DNA of 32,000 nucleotides, taken from assembly GCA_963718585.1 (NCBI GenBank), contig OY970357.1, positions 1,020,001 to 1,052,000 on the forward strand, written 5' to 3'. The first letter of the stretch is position 1; each line of letters opens with the position of its first letter. Shown here one piece after another: positions 31,543-32,000 of the stretch. Both the position numbers and the translations under genes were made by a program. A model generated the notes under the pieces. That model had not been told where the DNA came from. It made no database searches and was given only the letters and a program-made list of their open reading frames with translations. This DNA comes from Candidatus Saccharimonadota bacterium (GTDB lineage: Bacteria; Patescibacteriota; Patescibacteriia; 2-12-FULL-60-25).

Positions 31543-32000
31543 ATGAATCCAAACACCATGAAACAGATCATCATCCCCATCGAGGGCATGCATTGCGCGA
31601 CATGCGCGGTCACCAATGAGAAAGCGTTGACCGGTGTCCCCGGGGTGATCTCATCGAACGTCAATTTTGCCATGGGGCGGGCGACGATCGAATACGATGA
31701 GACCAAGACCACGCCCGAACAGTTGGCGAACGCGATCCGGGAGAATGGGTATATGCCGGTCATGGATGGCCCGAAAAAGCAGGCCCCGCCGGAACCTGCC
31801 CACGAAAAGATGGATCATGGATCGCACGACGAGGCATCTCATGGTTCGCACATGATGCATGGCGGGTATATCACGGGCCGCGGGCTTATCGTGGCGGTCC
31901 TTCTCGTGATCCCATTATTGATCACCATGTTCGGGATGCCGGAAATCGGGACGGTCTTAGGGCGTCCCGCTTGGTCATGGATCGACCTCATCGTCGCATG
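31543..32000 (+). CDS. copA: copper-translocating P-type ATPase, N-terminal part (cut by window edge)
   Basis: Absent from the ORF track because it has no stop in the window. Manual translation gives MNPNTMKQIIIPIEGMHCATCAVTNEKAL...ATIEYD, an HMA domain with GMHCATC. A His-rich linker and the first TM helix follow. Confidence 0.9.
   Translation, partial: MNPNTMKQIIIPIEGMHCATCAVTNEKALTGVPGVISSNVNFAMGRATIEYDETKTTPEQLANAIRENGYMPVMDGPKKQAPPEPAHEKMDHGSHDEASHGSHMMHGGYITGRGLIVAVLLVIPLLITMFGMPEIGTVLGRPAWSWIDLIVA

Noticed and set aside
31509-31545. copA promoter TTGACG-18-CATACT, which would imply a leaderless mRNA
   Set aside because: The spacing is off-optimal and the -10 box lies only 4 nt from the first ATG. 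The evidence is too weak to annotate.

Overview
GC-rich (roughly 55-60 % by eye, not computed), very gene-dense bacterial chromosomal segment. It holds about 38 protein genes on both strands, two tRNA genes and many hairpin plus T-run terminators. No rRNA, CRISPR array, transposase or recognisable defence operon was seen. Most content is housekeeping: lspA (cut by the left edge), a DksA/TraR zinc-finger gene, pnp, rpsO, a Xer-type tyrosine recombinase, msrA, gpsA, a polyprenyl synthase, an SPFH protein and a MacB-like ABC pair. There is also an envelope redox/metal group (ccdA plus a DipZ-like thioredoxin, a NicO-type Ni/Co transporter, and copA cut by the right edge) and many orphan membrane, lipoprotein and secreted genes. 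This gene style resembles small-genome uncultured lineages, but that is inference only. The standout locus is 9.4-10.9 kb. tRNA-Arg(TCT) and tRNA-His(GTG) are each followed by non-coding inserts of 145-155 nt (187-194 bp including the preceding terminator): one after Arg and two in tandem after His. Each insert ends in a second copy of the tRNA 3' end including CCA and starts with an inverted copy of the same tRNA's T-arm. Between the arms are three hairpins whose positions are conserved while their sequences change with compensation; the first always has a GNRA tetraloop. Each copy has its own distinct terminator. A 39-nt fragment of the same element (34 nt identical) sits in frame inside the RGG-rich C-terminal tail of PNPase. 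I do not recognise this element family. It could be a miniature tRNA-targeting integrative element, a cloverleaf-shaped tRNA-tailed ncRNA, or both. Secondary observations are: a hairpin-rich ~330-nt candidate ncRNA with its own terminator upstream of the dksA-like gene; a long stem-loop in the pnp leader; a YwbE-like gene broken over three frames and fused to a DoxX ORF; an in-frame low-GC inverted repeat inside the His-rich loop of the NicO transporter; and a membrane-anchored, probably non-catalytic DCoH/PCD-like protein translationally coupled to that transporter.
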